A stretch of 64,000 nt of DNA from Octopus vulgaris. Taxonomy: Eukaryota. Under the pieces are notes generated by a model. It did no database searches, was not told where the DNA came from, and worked only from the letters and a program-made list of their open reading frames with translations. Each line of letters opens with the position of its first letter. Position 1 is the stretch's first letter. The position numbers were made by a program, and so were the translations under genes. The stretch is from positions 7,068,001 to 7,132,000 of the forward strand of contig OX597842.1 of assembly GCA_951406725.2 (NCBI GenBank), read 5' to 3'. Positions 1 through 13,309 of the stretch are shown piece by piece.

Positions 1-44
1 GAACACCTTTGACCATAGGTTTGTTGGATCAGGAATGTCCTGAA

Positions 45-3000
45 CAGCACAGCATTAATACCACCACCACTACTACCATCAACAACACCAATATCACTTC
101 CAGCACCACCACCACCACAACCAAAACCATGAACAGCACAGCATTACCACTACCACCACCACCACAACCAAAACCATGAACAGCACAGCATTACCACTAC
201 CACCACCACCACCACAACCAAAACCATGAACAGCACAGCATTACCACTACCGCCACAACCACAACCAAAACCATGAACAGCACAGCATTACCACTACCAC
301 CACCACCACAACCAAAACCATGAACAGCACAGCATTACCACTACCGCCACAACCACAACCAAAACCATGAACAGCACAGCATTACCACTACCACCACCAC
401 CACAACCAAAACCATAAACAGCACAGCATTACCACTACCACCACCACCACAACCAAAACCATGAACAGCACAGCATTACCACTACCACCACCACCACAAC
501 CAAAACCATCAACAGCACAGCATTACCACTACCACCACCACCACAACCAAAACCATCAACAGCACAGCATTACCACTACCACCACCACCACAACCAAAAC
601 CATCAACAGCACAGCATTACCACTACCACCACCACCACAACCAAAACATCAACAGCACAGCATTACCACTACCACCACCACCACAACCAAAACCATCAAC
701 AGCACAGCATTACCACTACCACCACCACCACAACCAAAACCATCAACAGCACAGCATTACCACTACCACCACCACCACAACCAAAACCAAGAACAGCACA
801 GCATTACCACTACCACCACCACCACAACCAAAACCATCAACAGCACAGCATTACCACTACCACCACCACCACAACCAAAACCATGAACAGCACAGCATTA
901 CCACTACCACCACCACCACAACCAAAACCATGAACAGTACAGCATTACCACTACCACCACCACCACAACCAAAACCATGAACAGCACAGTATTACTACCA
1001 CCAACACCACCACCACAACCAAAACCATGAACAGTAGAGCATTACCACTACCACCACCACCACAACCAAAACCATGAACAGCACACTTACCACTACCACC
1101 ATGACCACAACCAAAACCATGAACAGCACAGCATTACCACTACCACCACCACCACAACCAAAACCATCAACAGCACAGCATTACCACTACCACCACCACC
1201 ACAACCAAAACCATCAACAGCACAGCATTACCACTACCACCACCACCACAACCAAAACCATGAACAGCACAGCATTACCACTACCACCACCACCACAACC
1301 AAAACCATGAACAGCACAGCATTACCACTACCACCACAACCACAACCAAAACCATGAACAGCACAGCATTACCACTACCACCACCACCACAACCAAAACC
1401 ATGAACAGCACAGCATTACCACTACCACCACCACCACAACCAAAACCATGAACAGTACAGCATTACCACTACCACCACCACCACAACCAAAACCATGAAC
1501 AGTACAGCATTACTACCACCACCACCACTACCATCAACAACACCAATATCACTTCCATCACCACCACTACCACCACCACCACAACCAAAACCATGAACAG
1601 CACAGCATTACCACTACCACCACCACCACCACCACAACCAAAACCATGAACAGTACAGCATTACCACTACCACCACCACCACAACCAAAACCATGAACAG
1701 CACAGCATTACCACTACCACCACCACCACAACCAAAACCATGAACAGCACAGCATTACTACCACCAACACCACCACCACAACCAAAACCATGAACAGCAC
1801 AGCATTACCACTACCACCACCACCACCACAACCAAAACCATGAACAGTACAGCATTACCACTACCACCACCACCACAACCAAAACCATGAACAGTACAGC
1901 ATTACCACTACCACCACCACCACAACCAAAACCATGAACAGCACAGCACCACCACCACCACAACCAAAACCATGAACAGCACAGCATTACTACCACCAAC
2001 ACCACCACAACCAAAACCATGAACAGTACAGCATTACCACTACCACCACCACCACAACCAAAACCATCAACAGCACAGCATTACCACTACCACCACCACC
2101 ACCACAACCAAAACCATGAACAGCACAGCATTACTACCACCAACACCACCACCACAACCAAAACCATGAACAGCACAGCATTACTACCACCAACACCACC
2201 ACAACCAAAACCATGAACAGTACAGCATTACCACTACCACCACCACCACAACCAAAACCATGAACAGTACAGCATTACCACTACCACCACCACCACAACC
2301 AAAACCATGAACAGCACAGCATTACTACCACCAACACCACCACCACAACCAAAACCATGAACAGCACAGCATTACTACCACCAACACCACCACAACCAAA
2401 ACCATGAACAGTACAGCATTACCACTACCACCACCACCACAACCAAAACCATGAACAGTACAGCATTACCACTACCACCACCACCACAACCAAAACCATG
2501 AACAGCACAGCATTACTACCACCAACACCACCACCACAACCAAAACCATGAACAGTACAGCATTACCACTACCACCACCACCACAACCAAAACCATGAAC
2601 ACCAACATACCACCACTACCACCACCACCACAACCAAAACCATGAACAGCACAGCATTACCACTACCACCACCACCACCACAACCAAAACCATGAACAGT
2701 ACAGCATTACCACTACCACCACCACCACAACCAAAACCATGAACAGTACAGCATTACCACTACCACCACCACCACAACCAAAACCAGTACAGCATTACCA
2801 CTACCACCACCACCACAACCAAAACCATGAACAGCACAGCATTACTACCACCAACACCACCACCACAACCAAAACCATCAACAGTACAGCATTACCACTA
2901 CCACCACCACCACAACCAAAACCATGAACAGTACAGCATTACCACTACCACCACCACCACAACCAAAACCATGAACAGCACAGCATTACCACTACCACCA

Positions 3001-4750
3001 CAACCAAAACCATGAACAGTATAGCATTACCAGTACCACCACCACCACAACCAAAACCATGAACAGTAGAGCATTACTACCACCACCACCACCACTACCA
3101 TCAACAACACCAATATCACTTCCATCACCACCACAACCAAAACCATCAACAGCACAGCATTACCACTACCACCACCACCACCACAACCAAAACCATGAAC
3201 AGCACAGCATTACTACCACCAACACCACCACTGCAACCAAAACCATCAACAGCACAGCATTACCACTACCATCACCACCACCACAACCAAAACCATGAAC
3301 AGCACAGCATTACTACCACCAACACCACCACCGCAACCAAAACCATCAACAGCACAGCATTACCACTACCACCACCACCACAACCAAAACCATGAACAGT
3401 ACAGCATTACCACTACCACCACCACCACAACCAAAACCATGAACAGCACAGCATTACCACTACCACCATCACCACAACCAAAACCATGAACAGTACAGCA
3501 TTACCACTACCACCACCACCACAACCAAAACCATGAACAGTACAGCATTACCACTACCACCACCACCACAACCAAAACCATGAACAGCACAGCATTACCA
3601 CTACCACCACCACCACCACAACCAAAACCATGAACAGCATAGCATTACTACCACCAACACCACCACCACAACCAAAACCATCAACAGTACAGCATTACCA
3701 CTACCACCACCACCACAACCAAAACCATGAACAGCACAGCATTACTACCACCAACACCACCACCACAACCAAAACCATGAACAGTACAGCATTACCACTA
3801 CCACCACCACCACAACCAAAACCATGAACAGTACAGCATTACCACTACCACCACCACCACAACCAAAACCATGAACAGTACAGCATTACCACTACCACCA
3901 CCACCACAACCAAAACCATGAACAGCACAGTATTACTACCACCAACACCACCACCACAACCAAAACCATGAACAGTACAGCATTACCACTACCACCACCA
4001 CCACAACCAAAACCATGAACAGTACAGCATTACCACTACCACCACCACCACAACCAAAACCATGAACAGCACAGCATTACTACCACCAACACCACCACCA
4101 CAACCAAAACCATGAACAGTACAGCATTACCACTACCACCACCACCACAACCAAAACCATGAACAGTATAGCATTACCACTACCACCACCACCACAACCA
4201 AAACCATGAACAGCACAGCATTACTACCACCAACACCACCACCACAACCAAAACCATGAACAGTACAGCATTACCACTACCACCACCACCACAACCAAAA
4301 CCATGAACAGCACAGCATTACCACTACCACCATCACCACAACCAAAACCATGAACAGCACAGCATTACCACTACCACCACCACCACAACCAAAACCATGA
4401 ACAGCACAGCATTACTACCACCAACACCACTACCATCAACAACACCAATATCACTTCCATCACCACCACCACAGCAACCATCACTTCCATCACTACCACC
4501 ACCACCACCACCACCACAACCAAAACCATGAACTGCGCAGCATTACCACTACCACCACCACAACAAACACTTCCATCACCACCAACACAACCACAACCAA
4601 AACCATGAACAGCACAGCATTACTATCCCCAACACCACTACTATCAACAACATCAATATCACTTCCATCACTACCACCACTACAACCAAAACCATGAACA
4701 GCACAGTTTTACTACTACCACCACAACACTGCCAATATCACCACCACCAA
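45..4750. repeat. Intronic minisatellite, ~40-43 bp unit (ACCAAAACCATGAACAGCACAGCATTACCACTACCACCACCACCACA), roughly 100 copies
   Basis: Tandem units read directly. Variants include cagcac/cagtac, atgaac/atcaac and a variable (CCA)n count, and the edges are degenerate. Confidence 0.97.
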
Positions 4751-4781
4751 CAGAAACAATAACTAAATTCTGTGCACTGAC

Positions 4782-4975
4782 CGTCAACGAGTAAATCCGG
4801 GGTTATTCCACTGACCCGTGTCCTGTAACTTGTGACCTTTTGTCTTGGCTTCACATATTGGTCGTAGATGCATTCTCCTTCCAGGTTAACTAATGATGCT
4901 CGAGCAAGCATGTCAGTCTCAGCATATGGACCAGCGCCAACCATTTCGCAATCCAGAGCCACACAAGGTGTATTT
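4782..4975 (-). CDS. REXO4: Internal coding exon of a DEDDh RNA exonuclease (REXO4/Rex4-like), ExoI motif exon
   Basis: Translates [64 protein letters not shown], matching the REX4-family ALDCEMVG...ARxSxVN..G.C.YD.YVKP...VT.YRT.VSGI pattern. Flanked by acceptor ttggttgcag| and donor G|gtcagt; 194 nt. Other exons were not identified, and an ISG20L2/AEN paralogue is not excluded. Confidence 0.85.
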
Positions 4976-7157
4976 CTGCAACCAATAGCAACAACAACAA
5001 TAAGAAATTTGCAGAGAACTATTAAATGTATAAATATTATTATTTCTAAGTCTCTCTAAAGGAGAGTACAGCAGCGGTACTGGATATTAACAGTTATCGC
5101 TAAGCTAATATGGCAGTCCATAAATATAGGACTAAAGCTGTCGTTGATTAGCTCCAAGAGGCCATTGCCTCTAGATAGCTATATGACACACAGACTTGTG
5201 TCCATTATAACCTTCGAAGGTTATAATGGACACTAATCCAATAACAATACAAAGTATGTAACCATTAAAATGGGTTTTGTGCATTTACAGAGAATACCAA
5301 ACTGTCTTACAGAGGATCTTGTCTTTAGGAATTCCCAATAAGTTATGAATACCCAAATTGTGAAGTCAGTTATGTAATAACATGAAATTAGTTACCCGAT
5401 AGTAAGAATTCAAATAATGGGCTTTAATGTGTTCCCAGAGTATACAGAATACAGGAGGAAATGCTAATAAGGTATGTATGCTAAAATCGTGAAGCATGTT
5501 ATGTAATAACAGGCTAATCAGATATGAGATAATAACAATTCAAAGTAAATAACTCTGAAAAGGGCTTTTGTGCGTTCCCAGAGAATATTACCCTCAGCGG
5601 CGCTAGTGTTGGTATATTTGTGAATAAGTTACTAACCGAAATAAGTGGATCTATTGTTTATGAAAATACTATTTACTTGTTTAAGGGTTGTACTGGATAA
5701 ATTGCGAAAATAACTCTAATATTTCAAATACTAAGAAATAAGCATACTCAGTTTGATTTATACCAAATGAACAACTCCACAAAAATTTCCCGCATATGTA
5801 GCAGATATATATATGTTCACACACACACACACTCACACAAACACATATACATATATCTTTTACTTCTTTTAGTCATGCTGGAGCACCAGCTAGAAGGGTT
5901 TACTCAAGCAAATTGACCCCAGTACTTATCTTTAAATCTGGTACTTGTTTCATCAGCCCCTTTTGCCAAACTACTAAGTTATAGGGGTATATTCCAGTTC
6001 TCAAATCATGATGGGAGACAAGTGCATGCACGCACACACACCTATGCACACATACACACACACATGCATACCCCATGTATACACACATGCACGTACTTAT
6101 ACACAAGCACACACATACACGTCCACATGCATGCACACACACACACTGTTCCCACCTATCAAATTCAGTCATAACACACTGCTTCACTTGGCACTCATAT
6201 AGCAAAAAGACACCTAAAAAATAAGATTCCACACTGGGACGGAACCTGAGACTACACGTTCGCAAAGCAAGCTTCTTAACCACACAGCTGGAGTGAATGA
6301 AGAGGAGAAGCGATAGAGACAGTGATGAATAAGAGAATAAAAGAATAACAGAATTACAGTTGCGCCATATTAACAAACAGGTTTCGTAGATATAGCTTGA
6401 GGTTTCTTAATGTCTACACTTCTTTTGTCTTCGTTATTCTTTATTCTAAATGACTTCCTTTTGAGGATTTCTTCAGGCTTTCGAATCTCTCTGTAATTAA
6501 AAAATTAGAACTAATTAAAAAAATTACAACAAAAGAATAAAAATATAGAATCATCAGGTTTTGTTACTGGAGGCAATGCATACACAAACATAGGTGCAGG
6601 CGTGGTTGTGGGGTAAGAAGTTTGCTTCTCAACCGAAAGGTTCAGGGTTCATTCCCAAGGCTCCTTGGGCAAGTGTCTTCTACTATAACCTCAGGCCAAC
6701 AAAAGCCTTGTGAGTGGATTTACAATATAGGAATAATTTATATTATAATTTTTTATATCATAATTATATTTACAATTATTAAAGAATTTAATATTATTAA
6801 TACATCCCGCTTCCCACAGGGCTTCATTATAATAAGGTGTGTGTTTTTGGAAAATCTCAAAATTAGAAGAAAGCAACGATATTCTTTTACCTAAATTATC
6901 TGTCAACGATTTCTTAATTGAAGGTGGATTAGAATTAATATTAGAATTAATATATCTAAGGTTTTCATTAATTTTATGAAATGGTTGGGTTTTACCTGTT
7001 ATTAAATTAAAATTAGCATCTAAATAATTAACATTATAGTTCTCATTATATATAGTAATACTTAATCCATATCTTTTAAAAAAAACTATATAGTTTCTTC
7101 TTATATAACTTAATAACAAAAAACAAATTTGATGACTCACACATATACATACAGATG

Positions 7158-7360
7158 ACACACGTCACGTCTATCTGCAAAGTGAAACTTGAAATTTCGA
7201 AAAAAATTGTGCTGTGTGTCAGAAAGTAGGAGTGTGCTCATTAATTTTCTTTTCCCATGAAATTGCGATATAATAGTAATTTACACACTCTGAAAAGTAT
7301 TTAGAGAAAATTTCATTTAAAAATACATGCGGGAGCACAGCCGATTCGTATGAATTCTAG
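7158..7360. repeat. Dispersed repeat/MITE segment, near-identical to 17978-18180; related pieces at 16830-17200, 19630-20070, 46430-47160
   Basis: Shared text cacacgtcacgtctatc..gcaaagtgaaacttgaaatttcgaaaaaaattgtgctgtgtgtcagaa... Confidence 0.7.
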
Positions 7361-8042
7361 TGTCCTATTGGTGCAATTCTTAGTTATTAATAAAAGGTCA
7401 TCCCTATATAGATCATCTTCGAACTTTAATTTTTCTAACTGAAGTTCTGATAATAAATAAATACCTACTAAATCAGTTGCCTGTGCAGAATCAGGTGCCC
7501 CCATAGAAATAGTCCCTAGTATCCTTCCTAGCCCAAAATTTATTATTATATCTAATCAACGATTTCCTAGCCATTTTAACTACATGAACTTCATCATAAG
7601 TCATTCCTACATTATTCATTGCATAAATTACTGAGTACAGTCTCGTTTATAGAATAATAATAATTATCTATATCTATTTGAATCAATTTATATCTATTTT
7701 GATCGTTAGTATTATCCAACCATTTTAAAGTATCATTAGTACTAGTCCAAAGTTTAAGGTAATTAATTTCATTTAATCTATTAAAATATTTATCCAAAAT
7801 GGTTTTACTTAATTTACCTACATCTGATTTACATGGACAAATAAGTCTAACTTTTGGGTCAGAATAAAAATTATCCTTATGGTCTTATAAAGTAATTCTA
7901 ATTTATTTATTTCTCTAATAGGTCATCATATAATTTAACATCTAGTTTATACAGGTTCCTAGTTTTATCTGGTTGTACTATAATTCATTCCATATTTCGA
8001 ATTTCTTTTATTCTAATAGCTAAATTTCTAAAATATTCATTA

Positions 8043-8425
8043 GGCACAGGAGTGGCTGTGTGGTAAGTAGCTTGCTTACCAACCACATGGTTCCAGGTTC
8101 AGTTCTACTGCATGTCACCTTGGGCAAGTGTCCTCTACTATAGCCTCAGGCCGACCAAAGCCTTGTGAGTGGATTTGGTTGACGGAAACTGAAAGAAGCC
8201 CGTCGTATATATGTGTGTGTGTGTTTGTGTTTGTCCCCCCAACATCACTTGATAACTGATGCTGGTGTGTTTACAACCCCATCACTTAGTGGTTCAGCAA
8301 AGAGACCGATAGAATAAGTACTAGGCTTACAAAGAATAAGTCCTGGGGTCAATTTGCTCAACTAAAGGCAGTGCTCCAGCATGGCTACAGTCAAACGACT
8401 GAAACAAAATAAAAGAATAAAAGAA
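8043..8425 (+). mobile_element. tRNA-derived SINE family A (GGCGCAGGAGTGGCTGTGTGGTAAG head), full-length copy
   Basis: A/B-box-like head (TGGCTGTGTGG...GGTTCAGT), internal microsatellite and a (TAAAAG)-type tail. More than 15 copies in the window. Confidence 0.9.
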
Positions 8426-9054
8426 ATGTCTATTTGAGTATTTATGAAATTTAATATTTTTCACCGCCTTCTAAATATTATCCTCTAAAACCTGTGTATC
8501 CCTATTATACGGGGTTCCTTTCTAGATTTAAATTTTGAATTAATGTGATTAGCATTCTCTACATCGTTAATATTAGAAATGTTACAATTATTATAGTAGG
8601 CTTTCCACTTAATCCTCAAACGCACGTAGTCTCTTTACTATTTATTATGTACTCTATTTTTAGAATAATGTTTTCTGTAGTACCATGTGGTTGGTAAGCA
8701 AGCTACTTACCACACAGCCACTCCTATGCCTAATGAATATTTAACCTTTTCTATATGGTGTGAATAACGTCTTTCACTATTGAATTGCTTAATAGAGGAT
8801 TTTCTCAAAATTTTATACATACACACACACACATATATATATATAGATGGCAATATTCTTTATGTTGTATGTCTAGTTTCTCTGTTTGTTTTTTCATTGT
8901 TCGAAAAACGTTCGTTTCTATGTTTTTGTTTCTCCTTATGTTCAACGTTTTTTTTATGTCCTGTACCCATATATGCATGTATATGTAGGTATGTACATAT
9001 ATGTATGTATATATTCATATATTTATCTGTTATTTATATTATTTATATTATTAT

Positions 9055-9115
<61 letters not shown>

Positions 9116-9460
9116 GACGGGTTTCTTTCAGTTTCCATCTACCAAATCCACTCACAAGACTTTGGTCAGCCCGAGGCTAAAGGTAGAAGACCCTTGCTGA
9201 AGGTGCCATGCAGTGGGACTGAATCCAGAACCATGTGGTTGGTAAGCAAGCTACTTACCACACAGCCACTCATGCACCTATAAAATGTTTTATGCCCAGA
9301 GAGAGAGAGAGATACATATATATGTGCATATACTCACGCACATACACATACATATACATATATACATAAATATATAAATAAATGCATATACACATACATA
9401 TATGTACACATACATATCTCCATTTTTTTTTCCTTCTCTCACCTTTTTTTCCTCTCTACC

Positions 9461-9496
9461 CCCTGTTGAAGAGCATAGGCTCAAAACATCAAAGAC
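9461..9496 (+). ncRNA. Degenerate minimal hammerhead motif (CUGUnGA family)
   Basis: CTGTTGA-A-GAGC ATAG GCTC-AAAAC-ATC-AAAG, homologous to 62112-62147, with G12 and G16.2 mutated in a CpG-decay pattern. Confidence 0.45.
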
Positions 9497-10117
9497 TTTT
9501 CCATTCTTCCCAAGTGTTAAACTTTACACTTGCTTGTTGTTCCCTTACTTGCCTTCCTCTTTTGTTTTCTGTAAATTTGGACTGTATGTATGTATGTATG
9601 TGTGTGTGTGTGTGCATGCGTGCGTGTGTACGTACGTACGTGCACACATACACATCTTATATTAGTAGATGTCTTTCACTCACACAACATTTCCCTCATG
9701 ACACAGATAAAAAAGCCAGGCTGGAAAAGGGGGTAAGTGACATCATCTACAAATACAGAAGGATTGCCATTTGATCTACCACTGCAGTTATATTTTGTTT
9801 TTTTACAAATTCCCCATCTAAATATAGGCATTTAGCACAAGCAATATTTCACTGACTTCAGTCATGTCAGCTTCCTTGCTGAACGATGTCAACAGGGTCT
9901 GCTTGTCATTTAGTGATGTTATAACACTTAACTAGTTTTTCCTTAATTCTGATTTAGGTGGATAACTATGCAAAATACTTTTGTGATTTCTTTCGTAGTG
10001 AGATTTCAAGTTCCTGGCCTTGTATTGAATAGGTGAAATATGGAAAATAAGGAACAAAGGTACATTATTTACATTATTTACAACTGATGGATATTTGTCC
10101 TCATCTTGTTTGTTGTT

Positions 10118-10163
10118 AACACAGCGTTTCAGCTGATATACCCTCCAGCCTTCATCAGGTGTC
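10118..10163 (-). ncRNA. Minimal type-I hammerhead ribozyme motif (cleavage triplet mutated to GCU)
   Basis: Minus strand reads GACAC CTGATGA A GGCTG..CAGCT GAAAC GCT GTGTT; helix I is GACAC/GTGTT. Confidence 0.65.
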
Positions 10164-10224
10164 TTGGGGAAATTTCAAACCTGGGTTCTCATTCCTAAGG
10201 TATTCTTCAATGTTGCTGTTGCTG

Positions 10225-10275
<51 letters not shown>

Positions 10276-10399
10276 TCACTGCCTGGAATTGAACTCAGAA
10301 TTTTGGGGTTAAGAGTGAGGGCTACTAACCCCAGGATTTGATCCAGGCAGTGACCTGAATAATAACAACAACAACAACAACAACAACATCGAAAAATTC

Positions 10400-10440
10400 C
10401 TGATGAAGACTGGATGGTATATCAGCCGAAACGTTGTGTT
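10400..10440 (+). ncRNA. Minimal hammerhead motif, same family, 5' strand of helix I lost
   Basis: CTGATGA A GACTG..CAGCC GAAAC GTT GTGTT. Confidence 0.6.
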
Positions 10441-10924
10441 AACAACAAACAAGACGAGGACAAATATCCATCAAATGTAATGTTCCTTATTTTCCATATT
10501 TCACCTATTCAATACAAAGCCAGGAACTTGAAATCTCACTACGAAAGAAATCACAAAAGTATTTTGCATAGTATTTTGTCAAACGAGATGTCAAGCGGTG
10601 ATGGGGAGACAAACACAGGCACGCACACATCATAGATATGTACATATATATATGTGCGATGAACTTCTTTCAGTTTCCGTCTACCAAATCCACTGACAAG
10701 GCTACAGTAGAAAACACTTGCCCAAGGTGCCATACAGTGGGATGAATGGGACTGAACCCAGAACCATATGGTTGGGAAGCAAGCTTCTTACCATACAACA
10801 ATATATATATATATATATATATATCATAGTTAATCCAAACATGAACAAGCAAGAAGATGCAACAACACGAGGACATGGAATAAGTACAGTGTTATTGGAC
10901 GTTCAGGAAAGGAAAAGAAAGAGG

Positions 10925-10960
10925 ATTTCACATTTTGAGCAGAGCTCTTCGTCAGAAATA
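10925..10960 (-). ncRNA. Degenerate minimal hammerhead within a short non-autonomous PLE-like repeat (~10830-11020)
   Basis: Minus strand reads ATTT CTGACGA A GAGC TCT GCTC AAAAT GTG AAAT; homologous to 49583-49617. Confidence 0.55.
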
Positions 10961-11223
10961 TAGAAAAAGTCCAAAGAAGGGAAGACGGAGAAAGAAAATC
11001 GCCAACAATACACACACACGGGTGTCAAAAGTAGCACCTAATTTCTGTTGATATGTATAACTTCCAAATTGGGAGATACATTTCACTCCTAATTCTTGTT
11101 CTACGGGTTTGGGATATCAAAATGATAAACGGTCCAGATTCAGTAACTGTCAGTAACAACATACAAAACAACCAGGAAAAGCATGATTGCCAGAAACAGG
11201 CGCTACTTTTGAATCACCCTGTA

Positions 11224-11301
<78 letters not shown>

Positions 11302-11644
11302 AGGTGGAGGTCCATCAACAAGTTAAACAACATATATTATCGACCTAATTTTATCAATATTGTTTTAAATAGATAATACGACAATGGCCATTATGAAAAG
11401 CTAAGTGTGACAAGTAGCAAAAGATAGCAGAAGCGATATCAAATTAATTTTCCTATTTGCTACATTGAAGTGCAACACAACACACAGTAGTCTACCTTGA
11501 AAAAGAAAAGTGAAAGTTAACACAGAATATGATAAGGACTTAGCATTATAATTTATATGTATCTACATGATTAGAATTTGAATGGGAAATGAATAGAGTC
11601 ATAGAGTACAAACCTAAAATAAAAGGAATAGAATTTTTTTTTTT

Positions 11645-12028
11645 TATTCTTTCATTTGTTTCAGTTATCTGACTGTGGTCATGCAGGAGCACTGCCTTAA
11701 AGGGTTTTAGTCGAAGAAATCAACCCCAGGGCTTATTCTTTGTAAGCCTAGAACTTATTCTATCCGTCTCTTTTGCCAAATTGCTATGTTATGGGGATGT
11801 AAACACACCGACTTTGGTTGTCAAACAATGATGGTGGGGGGGACAAAAACAGACACACATAAACATATACATATATATGCGACGGGCGTTCAGTTTCCAT
11901 TTACTAAATCCACTTACAAGGTTTTGGTCAGCCCGAGGCTATAGAAGCAAGGTGCCACACAATGGGACTGAACCCGGAACCAAGTGGTTGGAAAGCAAGC
12001 TTCTTACCACATAGCCACGCCTGCCCCT
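11645..12028 (-). mobile_element. SINE family A copy
   Basis: Reverse complement of the family A consensus, diverged. Confidence 0.85.
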
Positions 12029-12510
12029 ATATATTTTTTACATAACCGTCATTTAGTTATATTTTTTCATTGGAAGGTAACATGTATGTATATGATATGT
12101 AGATAATACAAAACAGTACTGAGTCGCTGACCAGGACATGGTCAGGACATGTAACAAGAATGGGAGAGTCAAGGTTCCCACATCAAGTTTTATCCAGTGA
12201 GCTCACTTCAAGATAAAGACCATGGGGTTGCCTTCTTCAAAGATAAAAGGATCGACTCAAAGCAACACCAAAAGCTACTGGAATTTAGCCTAAACTGTGT
12301 AAAACACAAGCCCAAGACCGTACCAAGTGGCAGTGTTTTATCACCATCTGAACTAAAGACGAAGCTACCAGAAGAGAAAAGGAAGAAATCACATGAGAAG
12401 AGAGAAAGGCTCAACAAAGTCAACCTCATCCTCAACCAACAGTGAATGCCATCGACTCTTCTATGCAAGAATTGGTCTACAGAGTCACCAATGGCATCAC
12501 CAAAAAAGAA

Positions 12511-13083
12511 GAGATCTTTTCCTTTTGAACGGCTCTTTTCAACACAATTTCTAGTTAACTAAACACTTTTAAACTTCGTATACTGGTAGAATGTGTCAAA
12601 ATAAAACATTTTTTTCTCTTGGCTTTCTTGAGAAAATTGTAATTTGTTTGTTTAACGTAGTTTAATTTTTCGAATATTAACCAATGAATCACCTCTATTT
12701 AGCTAAAATCATTTGCTGCATCTAAAGCTGAGACAACATCCTGTCACTAACCCTCAACCTAACCCTAACCCTAATTTTTTTAAAAAATTAATTTAACAAT
12801 TAAGAAAAAAAATTTAGGGTTAGGGTTAGGGTGAGGTTTAGGGTTAGTGACAGGATGTTGTCTCAGTTTTAGATGCAGCAAATGATTTTAGCTCAAAAAG
12901 AGCATAGGATTGGTTAAAATTCGAAAAATTAAACTACATTAAACAAACAAATTACAATTTTCTCAAGAAAACCAAGAGAAAAAAATGTTTTATTTTGACA
13001 CATTCTACCAGTATACGAAGTTTTAAAGTGTTTAGTTAAATGGAAATTGTGTTGACATGTGCCGTTCAAAAGGAAAAGATCCC
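12511..13083. mobile_element. Fold-back MITE with ~280-bp inverted arms and central (TAACCC)n/(GGGTTA)n; Sola2-like termini
   Basis: Ends GAGATCTTTTCCTTTTGAACGG ... CCGTTCAAAAGGAAAAGATCCC, with a 4-bp TSD (AGAA) on both sides. GRG termini plus a 4-bp TSD fit Sola2 (inference). Confidence 0.8.
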
Positions 13084-13309
13084 AGAAAGGAAAAGAAAAA
13101 GAAATACATCAAATCAACATCAAATGGTCGCAGACCATTAGGTTTGGCAGAACCTACTATAACAACCTAACAGTCTCGTGGCATTACCACATGCAATGGC
13201 GAGGCTAAGGCATTGGAACAGCCAAGCACTATCACCCGCTACACCTCACTAAGACAAGCCGCCAATAATGACAAGAAGCTCACCGTTAGTGACCCAGTCC
13301 CTGGACTTA

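Larger units (their letters stand above)
6770..8640 (-). mobile_element. Decayed Penelope-like element (PLE) reverse transcriptase, interrupted by SINE/MITE insertions
   Basis: Fragments KVRLICPCKSDVGKLSK, LWTSTNDTLKW..IQIDIDNYYYSI, MGAPDSAQATDLVGIYLL, YRDD and VNYLDANFNL..PFHK.NENLRYIN..SNPPSIKK..KRISLLSSN are typical of PLE RT and thumb. Many stops and frameshifts. Confidence 0.8.
9966..10572. repeat. ~600-bp imperfect inverted repeat containing two opposed hammerhead motifs
   Basis: 9966-10160 is the reverse complement of ~10398-10572. An inner stem tattcaggtcactgcctgga / tccaggcagtgacctgaata is also present. Confidence 0.9.

Noticed and set aside
461-3827. His/Pro/Thr-rich ORFs
   Set aside because: Translations of the 40-43 bp intronic minisatellite; the frame shifts between units.
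45-4750. CRISPR-like regular array
   Set aside because: Head-to-tail units with no unique spacers, eukaryotic context, and no cas genes.
12197-12445. 82-aa Lys-rich ORF as a possible REXO4 N-terminal exon
   Set aside because: Wrong strand for REXO4, with no recognisable motif or convincing splice sites; probably an old element fragment.
12745-12850. Telomere fusion site (inverted TTAGGG)
   Set aside because: Only a few units, embedded in a MITE with TIRs and a TSD.
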